Assembly (NCBI GenBank): GCA_038327915.1
Contig: JBBQLO010000002.1
Location: forward strand, 1 to 50,454
Source of the DNA: Parcubacteria group bacterium
GTDB lineage: Bacteria > Patescibacteriota > Minisyncoccia > Phycocordibacterales > DATDWN01
Length of the DNA stretch: 50,454 nt
Direction of reading: 5' to 3'
The position numbers and the translations under genes were made by a program. This document shows, piece by piece, positions 17,077 through 25,940 of this stretch. The first letter of the stretch is position 1. The number at the start of each line of letters is the position of its first letter. The notes under the pieces were generated by a model. That model saw only the letters and a program-made list of their open reading frames with translations, was not told the DNA's origin and searched no databases.

Positions 17077-17105
17077 TTACACGTATAACACATAAAAAAA
17101 CACAT

Positions 17106-18041
17106 ATGAAATATATATATATTGCTGGAGGATTACTGTCAATTTTTCTCCTCATACCCTCTACTCATGGACGAGTTAGTGCAGAAAATATAGACGGTAC
17201 AATTCAAACCATGACCCAAACTACTGCCAATCCTGATGCACAATCTCAAATACAAGCTTTGATAAAACAAATCGAAATACTTCGGGACCAAATAGATAAA
17301 ATTCGTCACACAAATACTCCGCAAGAAGATTTACACAATTTATCTCATGATGGTGACTTTGGACATGACGCACAAACGCAACCAACGCACATGTGGGATC
17401 AAGCATCGAGTACGTCTATGTTTGGAACTACGACACCAAATATGCAGTGCTTTGGAAATCGAAAATTTAAAATTGGAGACCATGGTGACGATGTTAAACA
17501 GCTTCAAAATCAAATGGGAGTTGATTCTTCGGTCTATTCTGGTAAACCTACTGGATATTTTGGAAATCAATCGCAAAAAGCTTTTCTAAAGTTTAAAAGA
17601 AAAATGGGTGATAAAATCTGTCACCCATATATGCAAAATAGCAGCCAGAATGATGGACAAAATAGTATGAAATATAGTGACATGAAAGACAGAATGGATG
17701 ACCACCAAGATATACACATTCAAGTAGGCACGACGACAGCTATCAACATGACGAGCATCAGCATTATGTCCAAAGATGGTTCAACTCAGACATTTTCTAT
17801 CGCTTCAAGCACTATTTTCCAAATGTTTGTAGCAGGCAGTGAACCAAAAGTAGGATTAATAACAGATATTTCAATCGGTGATTTTGTAAGAATTCATTTT
17901 AAGAAAAATCAAGATGGAAATATGCTTGCAGTGCATATCATGAAAGGAATACCCCAAAACCCTCCTTTTATGCAAGGAAGGTCACAGTCAGAAAATAGCG
18001 GTGACATGATGAATGGAAAAAAAAAGACAGGTGACCATTAG
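17106..18041 (+). CDS. Secreted His/Met/Gln-rich protein with a peptidoglycan-binding-like segment and a C-terminal beta-rich domain
   Basis: Start moved to MKYIYIAGGLLSIFLLIPSTHG (signal peptide). FKIGDHGDDVKQLQNQMGV...TGYFGNQSQKAFLKFKRKMG resembles PG_binding_1. The ORF-track start at 17025 overlaps the previous gene. Confidence 0.6.
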   Translation: MKYIYIAGGLLSIFLLIPSTHGRVSAENIDGTIQTMTQTTANPDAQSQIQALIKQIEILRDQIDKIRHTNTPQEDLHNLSHDGDFGHDAQTQPTHMWDQASSTSMFGTTTPNMQCFGNRKFKIGDHGDDVKQLQNQMGVDSSVYSGKPTGYFGNQSQKAFLKFKRKMGDKICHPYMQNSSQNDGQNSMKYSDMKDRMDDHQDIHIQVGTTTAINMTSISIMSKDGSTQTFSIASSTIFQMFVAGSEPKVGLITDISIGDFVRIHFKKNQDGNMLAVHIMKGIPQNPPFMQGRSQSENSGDMMNGKKKTGDH

Positions 18042-18055
18042 ATCCAAACCTTATA

Positions 18056-18943
18056 ATGCTTACATACTTCCAAGCAATTATACTCGGTTTGCTTCAGGGT
18101 ATAACTGAGCTTTTCCCAATTTCTAGTCTCGGTCATAGTGTGATTTTACCTAAACTATTTCACTGGAATATAAACCAGAGTGGCAACTTCTTCCTTATCT
18201 TTCTTGTAGCTACCCACCTCGCCACAGCCTGTGTTCTTTTCGGGTACTACTTAACGGATTGGCTCGCAATAGGTAAAGGTGTGCTCCGATCTCTCAAGGA
18301 ACGCAAAATTGACGAGCAAGACACGTATGCAAAGCTTGGCTGGCTTCTTGTGGTTAGCACTGTACCAGTTGGAATTCTAGGGCTTTTATTTGAAGAAAAA
18401 ATAAAAAAACTATTTGCTCAACCTCAATATGTTGCTATGTTTCTTGTGGGAAATGGTCTCATGCTAGGAGCAATGGAGATATTTAAAAAAAGAAAAGTGA
18501 CAGAAATACAGACAGAGACACAGCAAACGCATAAAGACATCACCCAAAGTAGTGACGCTCGAATTGCAAAGCTACGATGGACTCAGGCAATAGCCATCGG
18601 CTTTGCCCAGGCAGTTGCACTCATTCCAGGATTCTCTCGCACAGGGTCAACACTCGGAGGTGGACTACTCACAGGACTCCATCACGAGGATGCTGTGCGA
18701 TATTCTTTTCTGCTCGCAACACCAGTTATCCTCGCGGCTAATATACTGAAATTACCTGACTTGTTTACAACCCATACAGATGCAAATGCTTTTGGCCCTC
18801 TACTAGTAGGGTGCGCATCTTCCGCTATCGCCGCTTATTTTTCTGTTCGATTTCTTACTCGATATTTCAAAGAAAACAGCCTTACACCATTTGCTATTTA
18901 CTGTATTGTATTTGGAATATTTACTTCTCTCATTTTCTTATGA
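18056..18943 (+). CDS. uppP: Undecaprenyl-diphosphate phosphatase
   Basis: QAIILGLLQGITELFPISSLGH and PGFSRTGSTLGGGL are the BacA/UppP signature motifs. Confidence 0.92.
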   Translation: MLTYFQAIILGLLQGITELFPISSLGHSVILPKLFHWNINQSGNFFLIFLVATHLATACVLFGYYLTDWLAIGKGVLRSLKERKIDEQDTYAKLGWLLVVSTVPVGILGLLFEEKIKKLFAQPQYVAMFLVGNGLMLGAMEIFKKRKVTEIQTETQQTHKDITQSSDARIAKLRWTQAIAIGFAQAVALIPGFSRTGSTLGGGLLTGLHHEDAVRYSFLLATPVILAANILKLPDLFTTHTDANAFGPLLVGCASSAIAAYFSVRFLTRYFKENSLTPFAIYCIVFGIFTSLIFL

Positions 18944-19186
18944 CAGCTCGATAGATTTTTTTCCAGTCTGAAACCACGTGAAAGCAAAGGTTGCTAAGCC
19001 CAGGAGTACAGATGCAATTCCATGTTTAATGTGCACGCGGGTCGAGTAGGCTTCAAAACCTGGCATATATCCAGGCAGAGATCCTGCTGGCACATTTAAG
19101 TATTCGAAGGCGAGTACAAAAAACGTAATACCAATAATAACCGAAAGGCCTATAATTAATTTTTTATTCATGACGGAAGTATACAT
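18938..19186 (-). CDS. Small two-TM membrane protein (hypothetical)
   Basis: Two clear hydrophobic helices. Likely start at ATG 19171 (MNKKLIIG...). No family recognised. Confidence 0.4.
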   Translation of the reverse strand: MYTSVMNKKLIIGLSVIIGITFFVLAFEYLNVPAGSLPGYMPGFEAYSTRVHIKHGIASVLLGLATFAFTWFQTGKKSIELS

Positions 19187-19197
19187 TAAATAAATTT

Positions 19198-19231
19198 AAA
19201 AAACACCGATTCAATGAATCGGTGTTTTTTT
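19198..19231. terminator. Bidirectional rho-independent terminator
   Basis: A6, then stem ACACCGATTC / GAATCGGTGT with loop AAT, then T7. Lies 44 nt downstream of the stop of the 19275-19613 gene. Confidence 0.65.
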
Positions 19232-19274
19232 ATTTATTTAATTATCTTGTTTGATTTTTAAAATATAAGTAAAG

Positions 19275-19613
19275 TTACCGTCTCGTGGTTGTACTAAGTG
19301 GAGTATTTACAACACCTGCTGACAAAGGAATACCTGATCCGTCACCGTACATCATGGGCTGGTATCGCATCATGCGGTAGTACCCACCTCCTTCACTTGC
19401 TTCAATACGATATTGTAATTCCCCTACTTTCATACCAATAGAAAAAATCGAAAAAATGATAAAAATACCTAGAAACCATCGAAGTATGACGTGACGTCCA
19501 TGCCCATGATACCCGCACATTCCCATACACATTCCTGTGCTCCCTACATTACACGTACCACACATACATCCATTTGGATGCATGTTGTTACTATTTTTAT
19601 TATTGTCTTGCAT
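19275..19613 (-). CDS. Small membrane protein with a Cys/Met/His-rich N-terminal tail
   Basis: 112 aa. N-terminus HPNGCMCGTCNVGSTGMCMGMCGYHGHGRH, then one TM (WFLGIFIIFSIFSIGM), then a Met/Gly/Tyr-rich tail. Confidence 0.55.
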   Translation of the reverse strand: MQDNNKNSNNMHPNGCMCGTCNVGSTGMCMGMCGYHGHGRHVILRWFLGIFIIFSIFSIGMKVGELQYRIEASEGGGYYRMMRYQPMMYGDGSGIPLSAGVVNTPLSTTTRR

Positions 19614-19657
19614 TATTTTTGTACATTATATGAATAATATATGAACAGTATAACATA

Positions 19658-20698
19658 TTATTTTTGTTTCAAGACAATAATTTTGTACACATTAATAACT
19701 GAAATAAATAAGGACAAAACAATTGGTCCAAAAATAAATCCTAGCGGACCAAAAAATATAAGGCCACCAAATATTGAGAACAAAATAAATAAAGGTGAAA
19801 CATCTAAACCTTTACCAAAAAAGTAGGTTGTTAAAATATTATCTACTAAAAAAATAGTGAGTATTCCAAATATACCGAGCAAAATGCCCTGAGCAATATG
19901 GTGTCCGAGTATAAGAACAATAACAGCAGGGACTATGGCAAAAGGCGTCCCGAGACCTGGAACAGCTGCAATTATGGCGCCAAGGCTTCCCCATAGCATT
20001 GGATTAGGAATACCTGCCACATACAAGCTTCCTGCTAAAAGGATCCAACGAATTAAGCCAACAAAAAGAGTTCCTTTAATAACGGAATTAATAGTTGCTT
20101 TTGTAGAAGCAATAATTTTTTCAGTATGTTCGGACTCGAAAGGAGAAAGTTCAACAATAGATTTGACTATACTCTGTCCATCACGAAGCATAAAAAAGAA
20201 AGCGAAAAGCAAGAAAAAAGTTTGGAATACAATGTATGCAGTTCCTGAAATTAAACCTGCTAGATTTGATGAAACAAAAAGAGCTGCTCTGTCTATATAT
20301 TGGGAAACATTAAAAGTAAAATTTGGAAAAAAATGCTGAACAGGAGTCTCTACTGTCTTTTGTAAAACAGAGATATAGTGGGATTGGCCAGTGGCAAAAC
20401 TAGTCACAAGACCCTGCGAATCTTGGAAGATAAGAACCCCAAGGCCAAGTAGTGGTGCAATTATAAATATAAGTCCTAGTATCACAACCCCTCCTGCCAC
20501 AAGACTATTACCTCTGGGAAATATCCTTGTGAGTTTTTCGTACACGGGCCATACCAGGACAGCCAGTACTGCCGCAAGTACAATCACCGGAAAGAAAGGC
20601 AGGAAAACAAGGAAAGTGAGCAAGCTTATCCCCGTCAGAAAAACAAAAAGCGAATTCATTTCCAATTTGTTTTTTTCCATATATGGTTTAGTATGCAA
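19658..20698 (-). CDS. AI-2E family transporter (PerM/UPF0118)
   Basis: 346 aa, about 8 TM. GIPNPMLWGSLGAIIAAVPGLGT is typical of the family. Confidence 0.88.
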   Translation of the reverse strand: MHTKPYMEKNKLEMNSLFVFLTGISLLTFLVFLPFFPVIVLAAVLAVLVWPVYEKLTRIFPRGNSLVAGGVVILGLIFIIAPLLGLGVLIFQDSQGLVTSFATGQSHYISVLQKTVETPVQHFFPNFTFNVSQYIDRAALFVSSNLAGLISGTAYIVFQTFFLLFAFFFMLRDGQSIVKSIVELSPFESEHTEKIIASTKATINSVIKGTLFVGLIRWILLAGSLYVAGIPNPMLWGSLGAIIAAVPGLGTPFAIVPAVIVLILGHHIAQGILLGIFGILTIFLVDNILTTYFFGKGLDVSPLFILFSIFGGLIFFGPLGFIFGPIVLSLFISVINVYKIIVLKQK

Positions 20699-21418
20699 CT
20701 AAATACCAGTTAATGCAATCCGTTTATACCAAAATTTATATGCATCACCAGTAACGTGAAATTGATCGGTAGCATAGTAGAAAGTTGTGTTTTTTGAAAA
20801 AGGATCACGTGAACCTGCATAATAAAGATCAACGTAAGTTACTCTAGCTGCTACGGCCACCTCTTCAAATGCCCTGAAAAATTGTCGGCTACGGTAGCTA
20901 TAAAACCAACTGACTGGCGGCAAGAATATGGGTGCATGACCAACATCTCCTGCTGTCAAAAATATGACCCTATCTGCGTGAGCACGGGCAAGGAGAAGAA
21001 GGGCCTCAAGAAGTTGTTTTGTGTTCGTCAAAGGTGACATTTGTACAATATCGTTGGCACCGAGCTGAATGATGATGACGTTGAAATGAATTTCAGGTTC
21101 CGTAGACACAAGAGACTGCATGACCAAAAGACCATCATTAATTTTTGAACCACTGACTGCAAGATTTATTATTTTTGCTTGAGGATGATCGTGAGAAAAA
21201 TATCCCGCAATTGTTTTATCTTCAGACCGAGCACCTACTCCCACTGCCAAGCTGTCTCCAATAAACAGGGCATTTGAATTTGGGCGAGCGGGTGTGTATG
21301 AAAATGGGTGTGTATGTTTGACTAATGCAAGACTTATGCGCGAAAGTCTGTATATGCGTAGGCTTTGATAACCCAGAAATGCAAATAAAATGAGAGAAAA
21401 AATAAAAATGTATTTCAT
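20699..21418 (-). CDS. SGNH/GDSL-family hydrolase
   Basis: Block I FIGDSLAVG, block III QLGANDI, block V DQFHVT. N-terminal anchor. Abuts the next gene with no gap. Confidence 0.8.
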   Translation of the reverse strand: MKYIFIFSLILFAFLGYQSLRIYRLSRISLALVKHTHPFSYTPARPNSNALFIGDSLAVGVGARSEDKTIAGYFSHDHPQAKIINLAVSGSKINDGLLVMQSLVSTEPEIHFNVIIIQLGANDIVQMSPLTNTKQLLEALLLLARAHADRVIFLTAGDVGHAPIFLPPVSWFYSYRSRQFFRAFEEVAVAARVTYVDLYYAGSRDPFSKNTTFYYATDQFHVTGDAYKFWYKRIALTGI

Positions 21419-21486
21419 GAATTTAATTGAAAAAACGACTTATCACTGCTATAATAGTGTAGTTAATATATTTATCTCATAATTTT

Positions 21487-21891
21487 ATGATTTCTGGATT
21501 TAAACAATTTATACTTCGTGGCAATGTCATTGACCTAGCCGTTGGCGTCGTTATAGGTGCTTCTTTCAACAACGTGATTACTGCACTCGTAAAAGACGTA
21601 TTAACGCCTCTTATAGCAGCAATTTTAAGGGCGCCAGATTTTTCAGGTATGAAATTTACCATTAATGGAAGTCAATTTATGTATGGAGATTTTATCAACA
21701 ATCTTATATCTTTCATACTTATAGCTGGAACTGTTTATTTTTTTGTAGTCGTACCTCTAAACAAACTTATTGCACGCATGAATCCAGAAAAACCAATACA
21801 ACCAAATACCAAAAAGTGTCCCGAATGTCTTTCTGAAATTCCCTTAGAAGCACGTCGTTGCTCTCATTGTATTGTCCAACTTGTATCGTAG
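21487..21891 (+). CDS. mscL: Large-conductance mechanosensitive channel with a C-terminal CxxC-x11-CxxC tail
   Basis: FKQFILRGNVIDLAVGVVIGASFNNVITALVKDVLTPLI is the MscL signature. Tail is KKCPECLSEIPLEARRCSHC. Confidence 0.9.
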   Translation: MISGFKQFILRGNVIDLAVGVVIGASFNNVITALVKDVLTPLIAAILRAPDFSGMKFTINGSQFMYGDFINNLISFILIAGTVYFFVVVPLNKLIARMNPEKPIQPNTKKCPECLSEIPLEARRCSHCIVQLVS

Positions 21892-21911
21892 AATAAAAGG
21901 TAAAAATAACT

Positions 21912-22313
21912 TTAGTGTGTTTCCAAGTCTAAACAAACGGAATTCATGCAGTACCTTTTGCCACTGCCAGTAGGACCATCATTAAATACGTGTCCGAGGT
22001 GTGAACCGCACCGAGCACAAAGTACTTCTGTGCGTTCCATGCCCATACTCTTGTCTGTAATTTCTTTGACACTCCCTTGTATAGCTTGATCAAACGATGG
22101 CCATCCAGTACCCGAATTAAATTTAGCGGTAGAATCAAAAAGAGGATTTCCACACACCATGCAGGCATACATGCCCTCTGCCGTCTCGTGCAGGTATTTT
22201 CCACTTCCGGGGGCTTCGGTACCTTTTTCACGCAAAACATGATATTGCTCTGGTGTAAGCTTTGCTTTTATTTCTTCTTCGGTTGGAATTGTGTTTTTGT
22301 CTGTATTATTCAT
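21912..22313 (-). CDS. msrB: Peptide-methionine (R)-S-oxide reductase
   Basis: CMVCGNPLF...GWPSF...[16 protein letters not shown]...RYCMNS: two CxxC zinc motifs and the catalytic RYC(I/M)NS. Confidence 0.93.
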   Translation of the reverse strand: MNNTDKNTIPTEEEIKAKLTPEQYHVLREKGTEAPGSGKYLHETAEGMYACMVCGNPLFDSTAKFNSGTGWPSFDQAIQGSVKEITDKSMGMERTEVLCARCGSHLGHVFNDGPTGSGKRYCMNSVCLDLETH

Positions 22314-22525
22314 ATTAATTTTAGTATTATTTTTTTACATTCTACTGCTTTTTTAATAATTTTACAAATTGTTTTTTTACTTTCTCCAGTTTTGGATTGA
22401 TAGATACTTCGCAATAAACCGCTTTGGAATGTGCCGTATTATAGTTTTTATCTTAGTTTTCTGCTGAATAAATTTTCAATCGGAACTATTTCTGTGACGA
22501 TTTTTGCGTATAACATATCAATCTT

Positions 22526-23506
22526 TTATATACTTCCATATTTTAGAATGTTGCGTCTATGTTCGGCATATGTTTTAGCATAGTACATCATACCGTCTTG
22601 ACCAGAAAAAAAATAGAGATATAGGGTTTCAGTTGGAGCAACGGTGGCACGTATAGAATCAAGTCCCGGGTTACTAATGGGTGCGGGAGGCAAGCCAAGG
22701 TGAATATACGTATTATATGGTGAATTTATTTTTAGATCAGACTTTGTTAGCTCATACGTATTTTTACCATTTACGTATTTGAAAGATGAATCTACTTGCA
22801 ATGGCATACCGATTGACAAGCGTTTCCATAAAATTCCTGCGACTATTTTTCTACTTTTAGTGGTTGATGCTTCTCCTTCGACAATAGAAGCCATGACAAT
22901 AATATCTTTAAACGAATGAATCAAAGTATGTGACTGCGACGTCACAGCAGTTTTGGCATCAAAATTCGCTCGCATTAATGCAATCAATTCCTGTGAAGTT
23001 GTAATAGGCGACACAAAATATGTATCTGGAAAAAGATAGCCTTCATGTTTTTTTGCAAGAGTTAAAAAATCTTTCGCTGTTGAACTACTTAATCGAGTAG
23101 ATAGATAATCTCTGATTTGAAAAACATTCCATCCTTCCGGAATTGTTAGTTTGACTAGCGTCAAATGAAAACTGCCCCGAAGAAGTCTGTACGCCAACAC
23201 AGTTGCACTTTCTCTTTTATCTAAAAGATAATCCCCCGCAATAACTTTCTTTTCTCCGCCGAGAAAAATAATTGTACTCTGAAAAATAATTTTTGAACCA
23301 ATAACGTGTTTATTATACAAATCGGATGTTATTTGAGTAACGGATTTTCCTGGTAAAATGGTGACAATAGAACCAATTGGAAACGATTTTGGTGTATGAA
23401 TAAAATAAGCAAGACTAAAAAATAAGATAAAAATAATTACTATTATCCATACTTGTGTTCTGGAAATTTTTTTTAATAAGGACACGATGACTTCGCTGTA
23501 TAACAT
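22526..23506 (-). CDS. mltG: Endolytic murein transglycosylase MltG (YceG-like), paralog 1
   Basis: N-terminal TM. ASIVEGEA (catalytic Glu), LQVDSSFKY, SPYNTYIHLGLPPAPISNPG. Confidence 0.88.
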   Translation of the reverse strand: MLYSEVIVSLLKKISRTQVWIIVIIFILFFSLAYFIHTPKSFPIGSIVTILPGKSVTQITSDLYNKHVIGSKIIFQSTIIFLGGEKKVIAGDYLLDKRESATVLAYRLLRGSFHLTLVKLTIPEGWNVFQIRDYLSTRLSSSTAKDFLTLAKKHEGYLFPDTYFVSPITTSQELIALMRANFDAKTAVTSQSHTLIHSFKDIIVMASIVEGEASTTKSRKIVAGILWKRLSIGMPLQVDSSFKYVNGKNTYELTKSDLKINSPYNTYIHLGLPPAPISNPGLDSIRATVAPTETLYLYFFSGQDGMMYYAKTYAEHRRNILKYGSI

Positions 23507-23526
23507 GTAAAAAAGTAATTGAATTC

Positions 23527-24765
23527 TTACTGAGGTAAATTTGACGGTGCCTCGGCCTTTTTTGAAGCAATACGAACAAAAGTCGGCGTACCAGCAACTC
23601 CTCCAGGAAAATGGTATATAGTTGCTAGCTCCTCCGTGTTTAAAATAAAATATGGACGCTTGAATTCGTTGTAAAAATATGCCCTTCGTTTATATGCGTC
23701 GAGCATACGCTGTTTTTCAAAATCAACACCCTTTATTTTTATAAACTGCCAGGGATATTTAACTCGAGCGCCCGTTGCTCTGTCGGGTTTAAATCCATTG
23801 AGAGTGTTGGAATTAAAATGCGTTAATCCCCCAATAAGTCCACCAATGTAGTTAGCGTCAAAAATATCTTTTGGAGCAGTAAATATGACTCGCATGCCCA
23901 CGTCAAAGCCAGGCTTTGAAACACTTCTCTCAAGGGCACTGATTATTTCTTTTTCTCCATCAGTTGGAAGTCGTCCTTTTATTGTTTTACCGTCCTCTTC
24001 TTTATCTTTTATTTCATCAAATATTTTTTTTATTTCTACTTTGGCACCTTTTTCCCATCTAAGATCGACCATTTTACCAGTTTTTGGATCTTTATCTTCT
24101 GCTTTGTGAGCCCTTAAAACGATCTGGATCCACGCCTGCTGGCCTTTTTTAAGCGAACCAAGAAATTCAATAAGTGGGGTTATGGGATCGACCTTATACT
24201 CTTCTTTAGGATCCTTATCCATCCCATAGTCAATGTATGTTCTAATGGGATATGAATCTGGCTTATTTAATTTAAACTCAGTTCCCCACAAGCCAACTGT
24301 TGCTGGGTCATAGGACACAGGAAGGGTGTAGTCTGAAACCTCGTAGACTTCAATTCCTGGAAATTGCGAATACAAATTAGACTCTAAAAGATTGCGGTAA
24401 CCTTTACGAGACCAAATAAAAAAATGAACACCACCGTCAATAGAAACAATTTCAAGTGAAAACGATGGTCTCACTTGTCCTTTCCAATATTTGTCGTACC
24501 AGGTAGCTTCTCCACCTGTTTGATAAAGGTTGTTTAAAAACAACTCCATGGCACGCGGAGATTTAAACATATCTCGGGGCACTTTTATTTCTAGAAGCAA
24601 GTAGCTTTGAGCTGTAAAAAATTTTGCTCGCTTATATGCAATCCACAATTCAGAAAGAATGAAAACAAGGATGCCGGGTACCCACACAAATGACGTATAG
24701 TAAAGAAATTTAAGAGTTAATTGAACACTCGAATTATGAAAAAATTGAATATATGGTTCAAACAT
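23527..24765 (-). CDS. Conserved-looking hypothetical membrane protein (one or two N-terminal TM segments plus a large soluble domain)
   Basis: Start moved to ATG 24765 (MFEPYIQFF...) because the ORF-track start at 24801 lies inside the upstream terminator hairpin. No family recognised. Confidence 0.65.
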   Translation of the reverse strand: MFEPYIQFFHNSSVQLTLKFLYYTSFVWVPGILVFILSELWIAYKRAKFFTAQSYLLLEIKVPRDMFKSPRAMELFLNNLYQTGGEATWYDKYWKGQVRPSFSLEIVSIDGGVHFFIWSRKGYRNLLESNLYSQFPGIEVYEVSDYTLPVSYDPATVGLWGTEFKLNKPDSYPIRTYIDYGMDKDPKEEYKVDPITPLIEFLGSLKKGQQAWIQIVLRAHKAEDKDPKTGKMVDLRWEKGAKVEIKKIFDEIKDKEEDGKTIKGRLPTDGEKEIISALERSVSKPGFDVGMRVIFTAPKDIFDANYIGGLIGGLTHFNSNTLNGFKPDRATGARVKYPWQFIKIKGVDFEKQRMLDAYKRRAYFYNEFKRPYFILNTEELATIYHFPGGVAGTPTFVRIASKKAEAPSNLPQ

Positions 24766-24790
24766 GTGTATAGTATATCGAAATCCACAT

Positions 24791-24820
24791 AAAAAAACCA
24801 CCGAGACTGGTGGCTTTTTT
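24791..24820 (-). terminator. Rho-independent terminator after the sigma-r4/HARE-HTH gene
   Basis: Minus strand reads AAAAAAG-CCACC-AGTCTC-GGTGG-TTTTTTT, immediately after the stop at 24823. Confidence 0.6.
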
Positions 24821-24822
24821 GT

Positions 24823-25878
24823 CTATGCAATTGAGTACTTCCCATCCTTCATTTTTTTAAATAATTTTGGGTTCTGAAGGTTTACCATAATGGTATTTTC
24901 CTTAACGTATCTTTCTTTGAGTACTTTTTTAACAATGTCTTCTTTAGTCATTGGACCGTTTTTTTCTATCACTCCACGAATAACGTCTTTAACAACACCA
25001 GACATATATCCCCACTCTTTTAAGGCATACAATCCACGACCGACGAGCACAAAACGTGAATCTTTAATGAGTTCATTGTGAGTAGTTGCAACATGGGCTT
25101 TTTTCTTAAATAATTCAGTTATGAGTTTTGCAACTTCACGAAAATGAATTGGTGAACCGTGTCGGCGAATGACGAGGAATGCATAATCTCGCATGCCTTT
25201 TGCTTTAATATTGGAAGATCCACTTTTACCCCATTCTCCGAGTGGATTTTTATCTATTAACTTAGACAGCGCAAGCCATCTTTTCGCTATTTCTTCATTT
25301 TTGTATTTATCCGACACATCTTTGACTTGTTCGAGGAAGCGAGCAACCATATCTGGTTCAAAAAGAATTTCATCATCTGAAAGTGTATTATAAAGGTTCC
25401 GAAGAGAAACATCGATTTTCTTTGCAATCTCCTTGTCTACATGCCAACGATGTTTGAGTGAATCGTCTTCACGTTCCTTTGTAAAGTCTTCACCAACAAC
25501 AAGAAGAAAATGGGCGTGGTTTTGAGTGCTTTTATCTTTGGAGAAATGTGAGAGAAGATTTTCTTCAGATACCACAACTCCGAGGTTTGTTATTACTTCT
25601 TTCATTTCATCAAATACAACTTTTTCCTTGGCGTATTCCTTTGACTTACGAATATTTATTATAGAGTAATTCTCTATTTGGCGAACACGCTCACGAGTAA
25701 TTTTGTATTTTTTACCGATTGCCTCAAGTGTCATGCGTTTGGTTTCTTTGCCGAGTCCAAATCGGCCCGAAAGAACATCTTGAGCCCGAGGGGAAAGTAC
25801 GGACAAAAGGCGTTTTGTAACTTGTTTTGGTTTAAATGTAATGGTTGTTTTGTCAGTCATATTGTTTATTTGTATCAT
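24823..25878 (-). CDS. Sigma-70 region-4-like HTH fused to a HARE-HTH (RpoE-delta N-terminal-like) domain
   Basis: N-terminus LSPRAQDVLSGRFGLGKETKRMTLEAIGKKYKITRERVRQIENYSI is region 4.2-like. C-terminus MRDYAFLVIRRHGSPIHFREVAKLI...DSRFVLVGRGLYALKEWGY is HARE-HTH-like. No region 2. Confidence 0.7.
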   Translation of the reverse strand: MIQINNMTDKTTITFKPKQVTKRLLSVLSPRAQDVLSGRFGLGKETKRMTLEAIGKKYKITRERVRQIENYSIINIRKSKEYAKEKVVFDEMKEVITNLGVVVSEENLLSHFSKDKSTQNHAHFLLVVGEDFTKEREDDSLKHRWHVDKEIAKKIDVSLRNLYNTLSDDEILFEPDMVARFLEQVKDVSDKYKNEEIAKRWLALSKLIDKNPLGEWGKSGSSNIKAKGMRDYAFLVIRRHGSPIHFREVAKLITELFKKKAHVATTHNELIKDSRFVLVGRGLYALKEWGYMSGVVKDVIRGVIEKNGPMTKEDIVKKVLKERYVKENTIMVNLQNPKLFKKMKDGKYSIA

Positions 25879-25940
25879 TGTTAGTTATATAAGTCAAATG
25901 CGTGTCAAGTCTCACAAAAAAACACACTGAGGTAAACACT

